This document shows, one piece after another, positions 13,738 through 29,862 of a DNA stretch of 64,000 bases. Within the stretch, counting starts at the first letter, position 1; each line of letters starts with the position of its first letter. Source of the DNA: Octopus vulgaris (lineage: Eukaryota); contig OX597833.1 of the NCBI GenBank assembly GCA_951406725.2, forward strand, positions 40,176,001 through 40,240,000, read 5' to 3'. Made by a program: the position numbers and the translations under genes. Under the pieces are notes generated by a model that was not told the origin of the DNA, did no database searches, and saw only the letters and a list, made by a program, of their open reading frames with translations.

Positions 13738-14429
13738 AAATTGTTAATTTTCACAGTTCTTTGTCATTCTATGAGTCAACTCCTACCACTTTATCCTATA
13801 TCTTCTTTGGTTTCTCTCTTCTGCAGGTCACTCTAAGTTGGAGTACTCGGCACATCTTTATACAATAGTCATCTTCCATGTACATAACATGCCCACACTA
13901 GTGCATCTTTATTTCTTGTACACAACACCTGATACCTCTCATATACAGTTTTTCTTTCTGTTCATTTGTACTTTGGTTTTCATGCACACTACAATATACA
14001 GCCAATGGAGCATGCTTGCTTCACTTCTTCCTAACCTTCTCAAGCATTCTGCTTTCAAGCCCATATATTTGTTTCAGTACAAGCTGTTGTACATACTATA
14101 CACATATACTATATATATATATATATATGCTAGCAAAATCTTTAAATATTTCTATATCTCCAACCACTACTTAAATGCTAGATCTAAGATTTTCATAAAA
14201 TATAATCACTTTGAGAAACATATATTTTGTAAGTGAATCATAGCATAATTACTTAACACAGTCTTGCCACTATACTCCCACTTTCCCCAGATTAAGTCAG
14301 CTAATCGTGGTATGGTGCAGTTACATTATAGGTGTTTGTTAAAATGTCAACATTTTGTGGAACTCTCAGTTCTAAGATTTAAGTAGAAATTAGAGTTGTG
14401 TAGATTTTGAGGTTATGGCTGTGCATATA

Positions 14430-14793
14430 TGCATTTGTGTGTGTGTGTGTATGTATGTGTGTGTGAGTGTGTGCTCACGCATAGCTCTTTGCATGCGCCC
14501 ACTAAACACAGATACATATACAGGGAGGTATACATACACATATGCAGAAAAAAATCCACACATATAAATATATATATATATATGTATACATATATATTTA
14601 TATATACATACATGCATATATACATATATATATACATATATAAATATATATACACATACATACATATATATCTATACATAGGTATGTGTGTATGTATAAA
14701 TATAGTGTATGTATATATATATATACACACATACATATATACACACACACACATATATATATGTGTGTGTGTATATATATATATGTGTGTGTG

Positions 14794-14837
<44 letters not shown>

Positions 14838-14851
14838 TTATATTTATATAC

Positions 14852-14882
<31 letters not shown>

Positions 14883-14897
14883 CATATATATATATCA
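14430..14897. repeat. Compound (TA/CA)n tract
   Basis: Seen directly. Confidence 0.95.
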
Positions 14898-15484
14898 ATA
14901 TGTATTGGTGAGGATTATCCATATGCAAAGTCATATGTGTTTGCTCTTATAAACTTTATTCTTCACCTTCTTCATATTTTTTATTTTCTTCTTTTTCTTT
15001 CTCCTCTTCTTCTGCTTCCCATCACTGGCTGTTTATCTTCATCTATTTCCCTTCACTTATCTATTTTGTCATTCATTTTATCTATTTATCACATTGTTTT
15101 TCTTGTGTCTTTTTTTTTTGTTTAGATTTTTATGTGCTGCTAAATGAAAATAATATATTTCTACCCTCAGACAGTTATATGCTTGTAACTGTCATTTGGC
15201 TCAATCCCATAAATGGAAACAAATTATTTTTCACATTTTGTAATATTTCTAAATTTTGCAGTGAAATAAATATGGGTTTGATGAGTGTCTTCATTGCACA
15301 TGACATGAAACTTAGAATAGGCACCATTCATTGTATAACTTGTAATGTTTGTATATGTGCATGCAAACACACATACACACACAAACACACACACACAGTA
15401 CGTGCGCACATACACACACACACACACACACATGCACAGAGACACACACACATATATATGCATATATATATATATATGTTGGGG

Positions 15485-15812
15485 AATTTTTAGTCAAACA
15501 AATCAACCCCAGTGCTTATGTTTGTTAAGCCTGGTACTTCTTGTAACAATCTGTTATAACAAACTGCTACGTTATGAGGAAGTAAACAAACCAACATCAG
15601 ACAGCGGTTGTCATGCAGTGGTGGGGGATAAACACAGATGCAAACACACACACATACACACATACACATATATACAGTGGGATTCTTTCAGTTTCCATCA
15701 ACCAAATCACTCACAAAGCTTTTGCTAGGCTGTGGCTATAGTAGAAGACACCTGCCCAAGCTACCATGCAATGGGACGGAACGTAGAACCGTCTGGTTCT
15801 GGAAATACTTCT
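15485..15812 (-). mobile_element. Degenerate family B SINE
   Basis: ttctttcagtttccatcaaccaaatcactcac...ggctatagtagaagacac motif. Confidence 0.75.
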
Positions 15813-16092
15813 TAATATGTATATATTATTTTGGTCAAGTCAGTTGCTTTCTACTCCTAGATTCACATGTTTGTGCACAGGATTATCAGGCAAGTTATGT
15901 TATAACTTGCCTGAGGATCCTGTGCACCAACAGCTGAAAGTGAGAGTAGCAAGAGAATAATGCAAGCAAAATATAATATATTATTAATCTCTACTATGGT
16001 ATTAAGTACTCATTTTATCTGACAGTTAACACTAAATACATATATATATATATATATATATATGTAAGTATGTATATATATATATATATATT

Positions 16093-16126
<34 letters not shown>

Positions 16127-16184
16127 TGTATGTACGTATATATGTATTTATGTATGTATGTATACATGTATGTATGTATATATA

Positions 16185-16439
16185 GAGGTAGCACGTAAGA
16201 AACACCTTTGGAGCGTGGTCATTGCCAGAACCGCCTGACTGGCCCTCGGGCCGGTGGCATGTAAAAGCACCCACTACACTCTCAGAGTGGTTGGCGTTAA
16301 CAAGGACATCCAGCCGTAGAGACTTTGCCAGATCAGATTGGAGCCTGGTGCAGCCTTATGGCTTGCCAATCCTCAGTCAAACTGTCCAGCATATACCAGC
16401 ATGGAAAGTGGACATTAAATGACAGCGATAATGATGATG

Positions 16440-16440
<1 letters not shown>
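16185..16440 (+). mobile_element. Family A RTE 3'UTR copy
   Basis: Two units, core and GAT tail. Confidence 0.85.
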
Positions 16441-19420
<2,980 letters not shown>

Positions 19421-19899
19421 TCACTCAGGCACTCACCACCAGCACAATCATTGCGGCAATACATATGGACAGACCAACACACTAGCATACCATCACACCA
19501 ACTCGGAATCACACCGACACACCACAAACATACAACCAACATACCGACGCACCATTCTAAATATCAGTTTCTTCAAGTAAGTAATTGATAACGGCAATTT
19601 GGTAAATTTATTGCAGAAATTCAATGGACAATAGATTCTCCACCCTCGACCCCCATCACTGATTACATACGGTGATACACACTCTATGCACGACCCACCA
19701 ACACCACCCCACCTTCACTCCACTCCACACTGATTACACACGGTGATATCAAAGTATAGTGCAACCTTTGAGTGATTCCGACAATATCAAAGGAGTACAG
19801 AATTAATATACAAGTTACTTTGCAAAGTAATTATAGCAAAATCTTCCTGGCTTTATGAACAATTAGCTTCAAGTGGAGAAATGGCTAAATAACAAACGA

Positions 19900-20520
19900 T
19901 GATGGTGGTAGCATAATAATGGTGGTGGTGGTGGTGGTGGTGGTAGTGGTGGTAGTGGTGGTATCAGTGGTAATGACAGCAGTGCTGGTGGAGGTAGTGG
20001 TTGTGGTGGTTGTGGTGGTGGTGGTGTTGGTGGTGGTGGTGGTTATGGTGGAGGAGGTTGTGGTGGTGGTGGTGGTAGTGGTGGTGGTGGTGGTGGTGGT
20101 GGTGGTGGTGGTGGTGGTGGTGGTGGTGCTAACGGTTGTATGGAAGTTATGGTGGTGCTGCTGGTGATGGTAGTATGCTTTTGTTGGTGGTGATAGTAAT
20201 GGTGATGGTGATGGTTGTATTGGTAGTGGTTGTATTGATGGTGGTGGCAGCATCGGTGGAGGCAACATCAGTGGTATTGTGATCATTGTAGTGGTGATGG
20301 TGGCGGTGTTGGTACTGGTGCTGGTGGTGGTGATGGTGGTGGTAGTGGTGGTGGTGGTAGTGGTGGTGGTGGTGCTGGTGGTGGTGGTGCTGGTGGTGCT
20401 GGTGGTGATGGTGGTTGTGGCGTAGTTTGTGGTTGTAACTATATGGTTGTATTTGTATTATAATTAAAGCTGTGATAGTGATTTTGGTGATGATGGTGGT
20501 GCTGGTGCTGGTGCTGGGGG
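19900..20520. repeat. (GGT)n-based trinucleotide tract
   Basis: Seen directly. Confidence 0.95.
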
Positions 20521-20708
20521 TGATATATGTATATACATGTATGTGTATATACAAACTCATCATCATCATTTAACATCCATGTTCCATACAGACATGGGCT
20601 GAATGGTTTCACTGGATCTTATAGGTCTATGACTACATCATACTCCTGTATTTACTCTGGCATGGTTTCCACACTTAGATGCCATTCTTAAAGCCAACAA
20701 TATGAACG

Positions 20709-20756
<48 letters not shown>

Positions 20757-21045
20757 TTTGTTGTCATACACATTTGCTTGCTTTCTCCAAAAAAATGTAA
20801 TGCTCGTAGCTTAGATTTTTGGGACCAGCCAGATTAGAATAGTCTCAAGTATAACCGGCCGAAACTGTAAGGATTATCTGGATATTTGACCGATGAGAGA
20901 ACACTGTGAATGACCTGTCCTTGTTTTTTCCTGTCCGTCTTTGTATCGTCTATACGTCTGGATCTTTTATTGTCGTCTGTTGTGTTCTTGTTCTATTTTT
21001 TGATTTATATATATATATATATATATATAACATAAATAATATATA

Positions 21046-21109
<64 letters not shown>

Positions 21110-21749
21110 AATATATATGCATATATGGGTACAGGATGTCACCAACAGTAAACAGCTTGAAATACATAAATAAATGAGTTAAATATGCAAATAACGAGAG
21201 AAAAAATGGAAAACAGGACAAGTAATACAAAGAATACAAAGAACGACCCTTCATCAGTTGTCGGCTGTCTATCTACTCCCCATTTCGAGCAATCAATGAC
21301 AATATGAGTCTTTGAAGACAGTTGCTCCCATAAATACCAAAATAAAATTTGGGATTTATGGAGGGTCAAAGTTGGGAACAAAAACAGGACAGTGGAGATA
21401 TGCAAGGAAACCAAACAAAAACAAATATGGAGGGTCATTAGACCTGAAGGAGGGGATAATAGTGAATGCTGAGAAAAACATTTTCTTTGAAAAGAGAAAA
21501 GATAGAAGAGCAAGATAGGAGACATCCAGTACTTAGAGCATCCATGCAGGAAAAGAAAGATGGTCACATAAGGAAAAGAAAGATGGACGATGATCACGTG
21601 TGAGCAAAGAGAGAGAAAAAAAGAGAAAGTAGGGGAGAGAGACAGACAAAAAATGATGAAAGGGAGAAAAAGGGAATTAGAGAGGATGGGGGAGAAAACA
21701 GTAGAGTCACATCAAAAAGGTTAAGATAAACTTACTTGGAAATGGATGC

Positions 21750-21782
<33 letters not shown>

Positions 21783-21785
<3 letters not shown>

Positions 21786-21917
21786 CAGGCTTCTTTCAGT
21801 TTCCGTCTACCAAATCCACTCACAAGGCTTTAGTCAGCCTGAGGCTATAGTAGAAGACACTTGCCCAAGGTGCCACGCAGTGGGACTGGACCCAGACTCA
21901 TGTGATTGGGAAGCAAG
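21783..21917 (-). mobile_element. Family B SINE 5' half
   Basis: Homology to other B copies. Confidence 0.85.
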
Positions 21918-21933
21918 GCCTATATATATTTAC

Positions 21934-21965
<32 letters not shown>

Positions 21966-22082
21966 CATGATTTCATTTTCTAACATGGATTTGTTTTAGC
22001 CATCCTTATAATTCATCATAAGTGCATATATGCATGTGTCTGCATGTGCATACATGCACACACACACATACACAAAGTGCAG

Positions 22083-22360
22083 ACATGGTTGTGTGGTAGA
22101 TGGAAACTGAAAGAAGCCTATCATATGCATATGTGTGAGTGTGTGTCTGTGTGTTTTTGTGTCTTTGTTCCCCATCATCACTTGACAACCGGTGTTGGTG
22201 TGTTTACATTCCTGTAACTTAGCAGTTCGGCAAAGTGACCAATAGAATAAGTACTAGGCTTAAAAATAAGTCCTGGGGTCAAACCGCTTGATAAAAACAC
22301 TTCGAAGCAGTGCACCAGCATGACCACAGTATCAAATGATTGAAACAAGTAAAAGAATAT
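22083..22360 (+). mobile_element. Family B SINE with internal deletion
   Basis: Head gtgtggta joined to gatggaaactgaaagaagcc; intact 3' half. Confidence 0.75.
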
Positions 22361-22364
22361 AAGA

Positions 22365-22580
22365 ATACTTTCTCAGATGCAGCATGGAATTTTGTCAGTG
22401 AACAGGTCGCGGTCTCAAAGCAATAAAAATATTTTGACAAATTAAATTTAAATGTTGAAGTGAATCTAACAGTTTTTGTGTGTTTCTTAAATGGCTTATA
22501 AACACCTTCCATGCTGAAATTGTTTTCGTCCCAGCACACGATCTCAGATCAGGTCACTTGCTATGCAAGTACATCTCCAA
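22365..22580 (+). repeat. Unclassified interspersed repeat; related ends at about 23600-23680 and 30135-30215
   Basis: Shared motif (a)atctcagat(c/g/t)a(g/a)g(t/c)cactt in three places. Confidence 0.5.
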
Positions 22581-22996
22581 AATATATATATATAATATTT
22601 GGAGTATTACAGAGAAAATACATGATAAAACAAAGGAATAAAGAGAGAGCGTATGATAGACCAATGCTAATCTTCTTAATCCAGAGCATGTATGCATTTT
22701 CAAAATCTCAAAAAGTACTTGTGGAAATGGTTGCCTTTCATGCAAAAAGTTACCATCTTGTGTTGAGATAATTACTGGAATTGGTGTTGTAAAAGTGAAA
22801 GCTCTTCAGTTGCACAAACCTTTGTCATTTCATCAGCTTAGATGCACTTGATACACTATTTAAGATATTTGCTATATCCAAATATAGAACTATATTGTAA
22901 AGATGGTGTAGCTATTTTCCTGAATGCAAGTGGGCACACACTAGAAACATTTAGGAGAGACCTCATTAGCATCTTTGAGAATTCCAACTAAAAAGG

Positions 22997-23480
22997 AACC
23001 GGGTGTGGCTGTATGGTAAGCAGCTTGCTTCCCAACCACATGGTTCTGGGTTCAGTTCCAGTTGTCTTCTACTAGTTGGTCAGTTGTCTTCTACTAGAGC
23101 CTCAGGCCAATAAGAACATAGTGAGTGGAATTGGTAGACAGAAGCTGAAAGAAGCCAGTTGTGTGTGTGTGTGCATGTGTGCATGTGTGCAGGTGTGTGT
23201 GTGTGTGTGTGTGTGTTCGTGTGTGTGTGCGCATGCGCGTGTATGTGTGTTTGCATCTGTGTTTGTCCCCACCACCACATGACAACTGGTGTTCATGTGT
23301 TTATATTGCTGCAACCTAGTGGTTCAGCAAAAGAGATTGATAGAATAAATACCAGTCTTTAAAAAAAAAGTACTGGGGCCTTTTCATTCGACTTAAAATT
23401 CTTCAAGGCAGTACTCCAGCATGGCCACAGTCTAATGAGTGAAACAAATAAAAAAATAAATGATACAAAATAAAGATAAA
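22997..23480 (+). mobile_element. Family B SINE
   Basis: Homology to other B copies; internal (TG)n. Confidence 0.8.
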
Positions 23481-23724
23481 AGTTACTGCTAAACTAAACA
23501 TTGTTGTGAATTTGCATCAGTGGTATGATGAAAAATTTTGACACCAAATAATAAATGTTTAAATGAATTTAAGTCTTTGTAAGCTTTTGAATGGCTAGTA
23601 TGTATTTTCCACGCTGTAGCTGTTTTTGTTTCAACACATAATCTCAGATGAAGCCACTTGCCTGAAAAATGCACTTCCAAATCAAATATTGTAAATTTCT
23701 TTATAGCACTTTAGATTTAAGCTC

Positions 23725-24280
23725 AGATAAATACATATCTAAGAAGCAATGAGAAAGAAAAATAGAATAGAACAGATCAGGACATAAAAACAAGGATTAG
23801 GGAAACTATGACTGCCTTCATGATGCTCAGATCCATCTGAAAATCACAAATCTTGTCAACAAACACAAAATTCAGGATCTTTAAAGCAAAGATGCAAACG
23901 GTTCTGTTGTGTGCTTGTGAAACATAGTGAGTTGCAAAGTTCTCCATCAACAAGTTCCAACCATTTGTGTATAGATGTCTTCAGAACAGCCATTTGATGA
24001 GATGGTAAAACAGATTCACAAACAAAACCTTTCTAGAACTGGCAAAACAGTAGCCTACCAAAATGAAAATCCGGTGATAAGAAAGTGGGCTTGGTTGGGA
24101 CACAACCTTCAGAAACCTGTCTCCTACATTACATGGTAAGCTGTTCAATAGACACTCAAAAAAAAACAAAAAAAAACGAAGGGTGGCAGATCAAAAATAA
24201 CATGGAGAAGGTTCAGAAAAACTAAAGTAATAGCAGGCAGCTACATCTGGGAACAGTTGAAATCTATTAGCAAAGATTGA
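23725..24280 (+). mobile_element. Decayed RTE-clade LINE, RT C-terminal region
   Basis: Translation with stops: DIKTRIRETMTAFMMLRSI*KSQILSTNTKFRIFKAKMQTVLLCACET**...KFQPFVYRCL...RW...WAWLGH, matching the RTE pattern TK.RIF..VLLY.CETW..CLR..W..WLGH. Confidence 0.8.
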
Positions 24281-24567
24281 GGAGGAGGGGGGGAGGAGGA
24301 GGAGGAAGAGAACGACGACGAGCCATATCGTAATCGTAATGAAAGCTTATTATGCATCAATACCATCCATTTGTAAATTTTAAAAACTGAGCTTGTAACA
24401 TCAGCAGAAAGATTTCTATGCTCTCATCTAATAAATTCCTATAATTTGTCATACACATACACACACACACACACACATACACACACACACACACTCACAC
24501 ACATACACAAACACACTGACGCATACCCATACAGAAGAATAGATAGATGAATGTAGGAATAGACAGA

Positions 24568-24905
24568 GGATGGATGGATGGATGGATGGATGGATGGATG
24601 GATGGATGGATGGATGGATGGATGGATGGACTGATTGATGGATGGATGGATGGATTGATGGATGGATGGATAGATGGATGGATGGACTGATTGATGGATG
24701 GATGGATGGACTGATTGATGGATGGATGGATTGATGGATGGATGGATAGATGGATGGATGGACTGATTGATGGATGGATGGATGGATGGATGGATGGATA
24801 GATGGATGAATGGATGGATGGAAGGATGGATGGATGAGTAGGTGGATGGATGGATGGGTAGATGAATGGATTGATGGATGGATGGATGGTTGGCTGGCTG
24901 GATAG
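24568..24905. repeat. (GGAT)n microsatellite
   Basis: Seen directly. Confidence 0.95.
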
Positions 24906-25067
24906 AATGAATTGCTTCAGTGTCCAAGTTAAAGATGTATTATGAAATTTTTTGACTTTCATAATATACAGATTGTTGTTCCTTCAGCATTACAGTTTTG
25001 TTTTTGTATATCTTTAATATTATCTCTGCAATTTCGTTCTGATTATCTTCATGTGTGTGTGTGTATA

Positions 25068-25283
25068 CAAGAGGGTGGTGAACAGTTCCTGGCTCTGAGC
25101 AAAAAAAAAATACAGGAGGCTCAGTTAATTATCATTTTATTCAAGATATTCTCCTCTGAGATTCATACACTTATTGCAGCAGTTCTTCAGTTTTCTAAGC
25201 CCTGAAAAAGAACTCTGAAGGCTGGGCCTTCAGCCAGGCCTTTCATGAAACCCTTAAAGCCAGGAACTTTTCAGCACCCCTCC
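25068..25283. mobile_element. Mariner-type MITE, complete
   Basis: TA-flanked TIRs caagagggtggtgaacagttcctggct / agccaggaacttttcagcacccctcc. Confidence 0.8.
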
Positions 25284-25289
25284 TATATG

Positions 25290-25427
<138 letters not shown>

Positions 25428-25428
25428 A

Positions 25429-25640
25429 AAATGTGACCTTGTGTGTACCGTTGGCGATTTTTTTTCCTCTGTCTTCTCTTCTCTGGATCTTTCCTTTTCC
25501 TATGTTTCCGATGAAGAGCTCCACTCGAAACGTTAAACCCTCCTTCTTTCCTTCTTTCCTGAGCGTCCAATAATACTATATTTGTTCCACGTCCTTGCGT
25601 TGTTGTGTTTTTTTGTGCTTTCTTGTTTGGATTAACTTTA
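25429..25640 (+). mobile_element. Family H1: Penelope-like pLTR-type repeat with minimal hammerhead
   Basis: Flanked by (TA)n; copies at 38167-38380 (-) and 43932-44133 (+). Confidence 0.7.
25504..25538 (+). ncRNA. Minimal type-I hammerhead motif (CCGAUGA variant core)
   Basis: gttt-CCGATGA-a-gag-ctcca-ctc-GAAA-CGTT-aaac: stem I gttt/aaac, stem II gag/ctc, palindromic ACGT stem III. Confidence 0.55.
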
Positions 25641-25666
25641 TACATATATATATATATATATACATA

Positions 25667-26310
25667 CTAGCAGAATAGCCTGTCATTCCCAGGCAATTTT
25701 TACATAGAATTTTTACATAGAATGTCTTACATAAAGTTTTGTTTATTCCATGTCAGGGTATGCCTTCCCTGGCAGATTGGTCTCCTGATCAGGACCCATT
25801 TGTGTGATTTTTCGCAAAAAAATTTTGTCGAGGAAGTATTCCCTTTTTAAATTATTTACATGTCTGTTTCACATGACTTTATTCATTGAAACTTATTAAA
25901 GCTTCAGAAGTTCTTACAACTTGGATCGCCGTATGCTTTGCTTTCGTTTGTTTAATAAAAATTCCTCCACCTAATGATTTTGCTTTCATTTTGTGATAGA
26001 CAGCTATCATTCAGAAAATGCCAGCTTCTAAATCCTGTTTTCTGATTAGGTAAAATTTATTAAACTTTAAACCTCAGTAAGATTTTTCTGCAACAAATAA
26101 ATAACAAAATCAGATTTAATGTGGAACTTTATTTCAATATACCAAATTTGAAAATTTTGACATAATTTTAAAATCTCACAATATGTGACAGCAACAGGGA
26201 AGACCCTACAAAAGTAAATAGACAGACAGTTATAGGATGTGACACTCACACACACAGACACATTTACAAACATACACACAGGTAATCACGAATTGAAAAT
26301 GGTGTATAAT
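25667..26310 (-). mobile_element. Helitron-like element; 3' end at 25667
   Basis: Minus strand ends gcctg-ggaatga-caggc hairpin, tattctg, CTAG then T; 5' extent uncertain. Confidence 0.5.
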
Positions 26311-26861
26311 AAATATATGTATGTATGTATGTATATATGTATGTATGTATCTATCTATGTATGTATGTATGTATGTATGTATGCATGTATATGTATGTAT
26401 GTGTACAGAAAAGCCACTTACCCCTCTCTCCTTAAAGCTACATATTCCTCACACCCACCTTTCTCTCCCTTCATTGGCATTTTAAAAGTTGTGTGTGTGT
26501 ATTTACAAAAGTATGTATGCAGCATCACATGTATATGACAGCTGTATTAGCATTAACATCTCATTGCCACTCCATATTTGTCACTTACTGAATTCTGTAC
26601 TCTCCTTCCCTGACATCAATTACAGTCACTCTGCTACTACAGTTCCCTCAGACTAATACTTTTTCACCCTTCTCATTTTATCATATAATTCGCCCAACTC
26701 CACTAGGGTGCATATTATAGATTTTTATTGAAATCCAATTAGCCTATTATTAAATTGAATGTCAGTGTAACATATATGCAAAGTTTGGCAAATATTGGAT
26801 TGCTGGTTTAGGCAGTAAAATGGTAACAGACAGAAAATGCCATTTATATAGAAGGTATTTA

Positions 26862-27320
26862 TAGGCACAGGCATGGTTGTGAATAGGTGCACCAATGTTT
26901 GTGTGATTAGAAGCTTGCTTCCCAACCACGTGGTTCTAGGTTCAGTCTCATTGCACAGCACCTTGGACAAGTATATTCTACTATTGTCTTGGACCGGTCT
27001 AAGTCTTGTGAGTGGATTTGGTAGACGGAAACTGAAAGAAGCCTATCGTATGTATATTATAGATATATATATATATATGTATATATATATCAGTGTATGT
27101 GTCTTTGTGTTTGTCTCCCCACCACTTCTTGACCACCGGTGTTGATGTGTTTGTATCCCCATAACTTAGTGGTTCAACAAAAGAGACCGGTAGAATTAGT
27201 ACCAGGCTTAGTCAAAATATAAGTACTGGGGTTGATTCAACTAAAAACAAAATTCAAGTCAGTGCTCCAGCATGGTCACAATCTAATGATTGAAACGCTT
27301 AAAAGATAAAAGATAAAAGA
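26862..27320 (+). mobile_element. Family B SINE
   Basis: Homology to other B copies. Confidence 0.85.
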
Positions 27321-27339
27321 TATATGTATATGTATATGC

Positions 27340-27401
<62 letters not shown>

Positions 27402-27939
27402 TATATACACACACACACACACACATACATACACACACACACAGATATATATAGACATATAATGTGTGTGTGTACCTGTGTGTTTGTGTGTAGGTGTTGT
27501 TTTATATTCTTTAGAGAAACACCACACCCTCAGCAGAAGATGACAGAGTACTCATTGTCCTAAAAATACATTATAAAGAATCAATACCAAAACATTTAAT
27601 TGTTGCTTTCAATCACCAAAACTTACTTATTTAAGTAGAATACACAACATATTATCTTTTTGATTCCTTCTTTTATCATTATTATTATTTTTAATTCCCC
27701 TATAACAAAGGATGCCTACTTGGAGCTCCTGAAAAATATTTTGGCATTAGACACGGAAAGGAAAATGTTCTAAAGCATTATTCTACAGTTTAAGAAAGCT
27801 CCTTTACCCAACATTTACAAAGTTTGATAATTCCCTAATGCACAATTTTCAGGACATTTGTAAAGCGGAGCTGGACTAATACAAAAAACTCTGATGTGAT
27901 TCCCTTGGGTTTCTTCTTCTAAGACTATATCAATGATCG

Positions 27940-28190
27940 TGGAGGCATGTGGCTTAATGGTTAGGGTGTTGAACTCATGATTGTAAGGTTGTGGTTTTGA
28001 TTCCTGGATCGGGCGATGCGTTGTGTTCTTGAGTAAAACACTTCTTTTCACGTTGCTCCAGTCCATTCAGCTAGCAAAAATGAGTAATCCTGTGATGGAC
28101 TGGTGTCCCCTCTAGGTGGGGAATTTCTACGCCACTGAAACCGGGAAGCCGGCCCTTATGAGCCTGGCATGGCTCGAGAAGGAACATTTA
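27940..28190 (+). mobile_element. Family D tRNA-derived SINE
   Basis: A/B-box head; 3' part gatggactgg..ggtggggaa..gaaaccgggaa..ggcccttatgagc shared with family C. Confidence 0.8.
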
Positions 28191-28195
28191 ATTTT

Positions 28196-28510
28196 GTGGA
28201 GGTACATAGCCTAGTGGTTAGAGCAGTGGACTTGTGGTCGAGGGATCGCAGGTTCGAATCTCAGACCGGGCGATGTGTGTGTTTATGAGACAAACACCTA
28301 AGCTTCACACAGCTCCAGCAGAAGGTAATGGCGAACTTCTGCTGACTCTTTCGCCACAACTTTCTCTCACTCTTTCCTCCTGCATCTCTTGCAGCTCACC
28401 TGCGATGGACCGGCGTCCCATCCAGGTGGGGAACCTATATGCCAAGGAAACTGGGAAACCGGTCCTAATGAGCCAGGGATGGCTCGAGAAGGAACAAACA
28501 AACAAACAAC
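28196..28510 (+). mobile_element. Family C tRNA-derived SINE
   Basis: A box tagcctagtgg, B box ggttcgaatct, (AAAC)n tail; copies at 39387 and 62665. Confidence 0.9.
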
Positions 28511-28544
28511 ATATCCAATGATCAGGTCTACAGAACAGCAATTG

Positions 28545-29359
28545 CAAGGTGCATTCCAGAAGTTTTGAGATCTTTTTAAGGGAAAAGCAGCTATGTCTGC
28601 CCTAGATTATTATAATGTTAGTATATCATTATTATACATCTAATAAGCTGACCTGCCAACTTTTGTTATTCCAGATTGAAGAAGACGACTGTAACAGCAC
28701 TTAGAACACACTCTACTAAACACTTCTTGTCACAGCTGACTAGTTTGCAGAATGCAACTAGGATGTATGGAAGCTTGCTATACAATAAAGTTTTGTGTTA
28801 AACTGAGCAAAATACTACAGAAATGTATGAAATGCTCTACATTGTTTATAAATTGACTTTTTTGCCAGCTCAAGAAGTTTGAGAATGGTAGAGAGGAAAT
28901 GAGAGAGATGATAGGTATGGTAGTTAGGGAGGCATTAGGACATGGGATTGGTGTGGCAACTATATACAGAATTATTAATCTCTATATATAAAACTGAAGT
29001 TGTCTGTGTATGGCAGGTTTGGTAGCCTTCAACTAACGCTATCTCCTCCGAGACCCTGCGGCACAAGTTGACCAAAATTGAAAGTATGATAGAAGAAGGC
29101 TTGCTCTTCCTTCCGTGGAGGAAAAAATTCAAATTGGATCATGTTAACACCAAAAATTATTTACATCAAAAAGGTGCTTTTTTTCTATGAAAATCCCTAT
29201 TTTTTACAATTTTTTTACTGCTCTGTTGCCATTTTTTGGTATATTTCAACCAGAAAAATGTCAGAGAATCTTACTTTGAAGAAGATTACAGTTTTGTATT
29301 TCTTTGAAATTAATAAATGTCTCATCTGCAAAAGTCTGTAAACTTCTGAAATGCACCTA
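28545..29359 (+). mobile_element. Internally deleted mariner relic
   Basis: TIRs aggtgcattccagaagttt / aaacttctgaaatgcacct; N-terminal transposase remnant IKFCVKL..TEMYEML..VY..KKFENGRE at about 28780-28900. Confidence 0.7.
28978..29265 (+). mobile_element. Helitron-like 5' fragment nested in the mariner relic
   Basis: Starts tctctatatataaaactgaagttgtctgtg, resembling non-autonomous Helitron 5' ends; no 3' CTAG end seen. Confidence 0.45.
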
Positions 29360-29381
29360 TACATGTATTGAGTATATAAAG

Positions 29382-29862
29382 TAGGGGGTTGTCAAAATGG
29401 TCAGTACCGACTCATGGGTGGGTCTACATGGCTATTGAAGGGGTCAATAAGCACCTGAAATGATTTTGAGTGTTAAGGGTGCTGAATTATTAGCAAATTG
29501 AATCTGGAAGAACATGTTGATTCAAGGTTAAAAATCTTTAATTTCAAGCCAAATATTGATGCAAACACTCTTCATCAAACACATATTTTACATTAAATAT
29601 TCCAACTATATCAACAAAACATGACTGAATTATTATTGTTTTTATCAATTTCATTAAGTACCTTCATTAAATTTCTTTAAATATTTCTTGCTAAAACATG
29701 CTACTGACATGAATAAATGAAGGAATTATTGTTCTGCGGTGAAGAAATTTTTTTATTAATTATACTTTTCATTTCTATTTTGGACATTTACATGTTGGAG
29801 GTCAATAAATTATCAACAATTCTGTAAGAGGGTCAATGATACAAGGTGTTTGTCAACCCCTG
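29382..29862. mobile_element. hAT-type non-autonomous element
   Basis: TIRs tagggggttgtcaaa / tttgtcaacccctg; 8-bp flanks atataaag and atttaaag (one mismatch). Confidence 0.75.

Noticed and set aside
21245-21290. Type II hammerhead on the minus strand
   Set aside because: CTGATGA and CGAAA are present but stems I and III cannot be formed; kept only as a low-weight finding.
28196-28270. tRNA gene
   Set aside because: A/B boxes are present but there is no full cloverleaf; it continues into a multi-copy SINE body.
28234-28521. Recurrent similar peptides (TPKLHAAPAEGNGELL.., EDTCPRCHAVGL.., TTLSEWLALGRASS..) suggesting a gene family
   Set aside because: Chance translations of SINE families C and B and the RTE 3'UTR.
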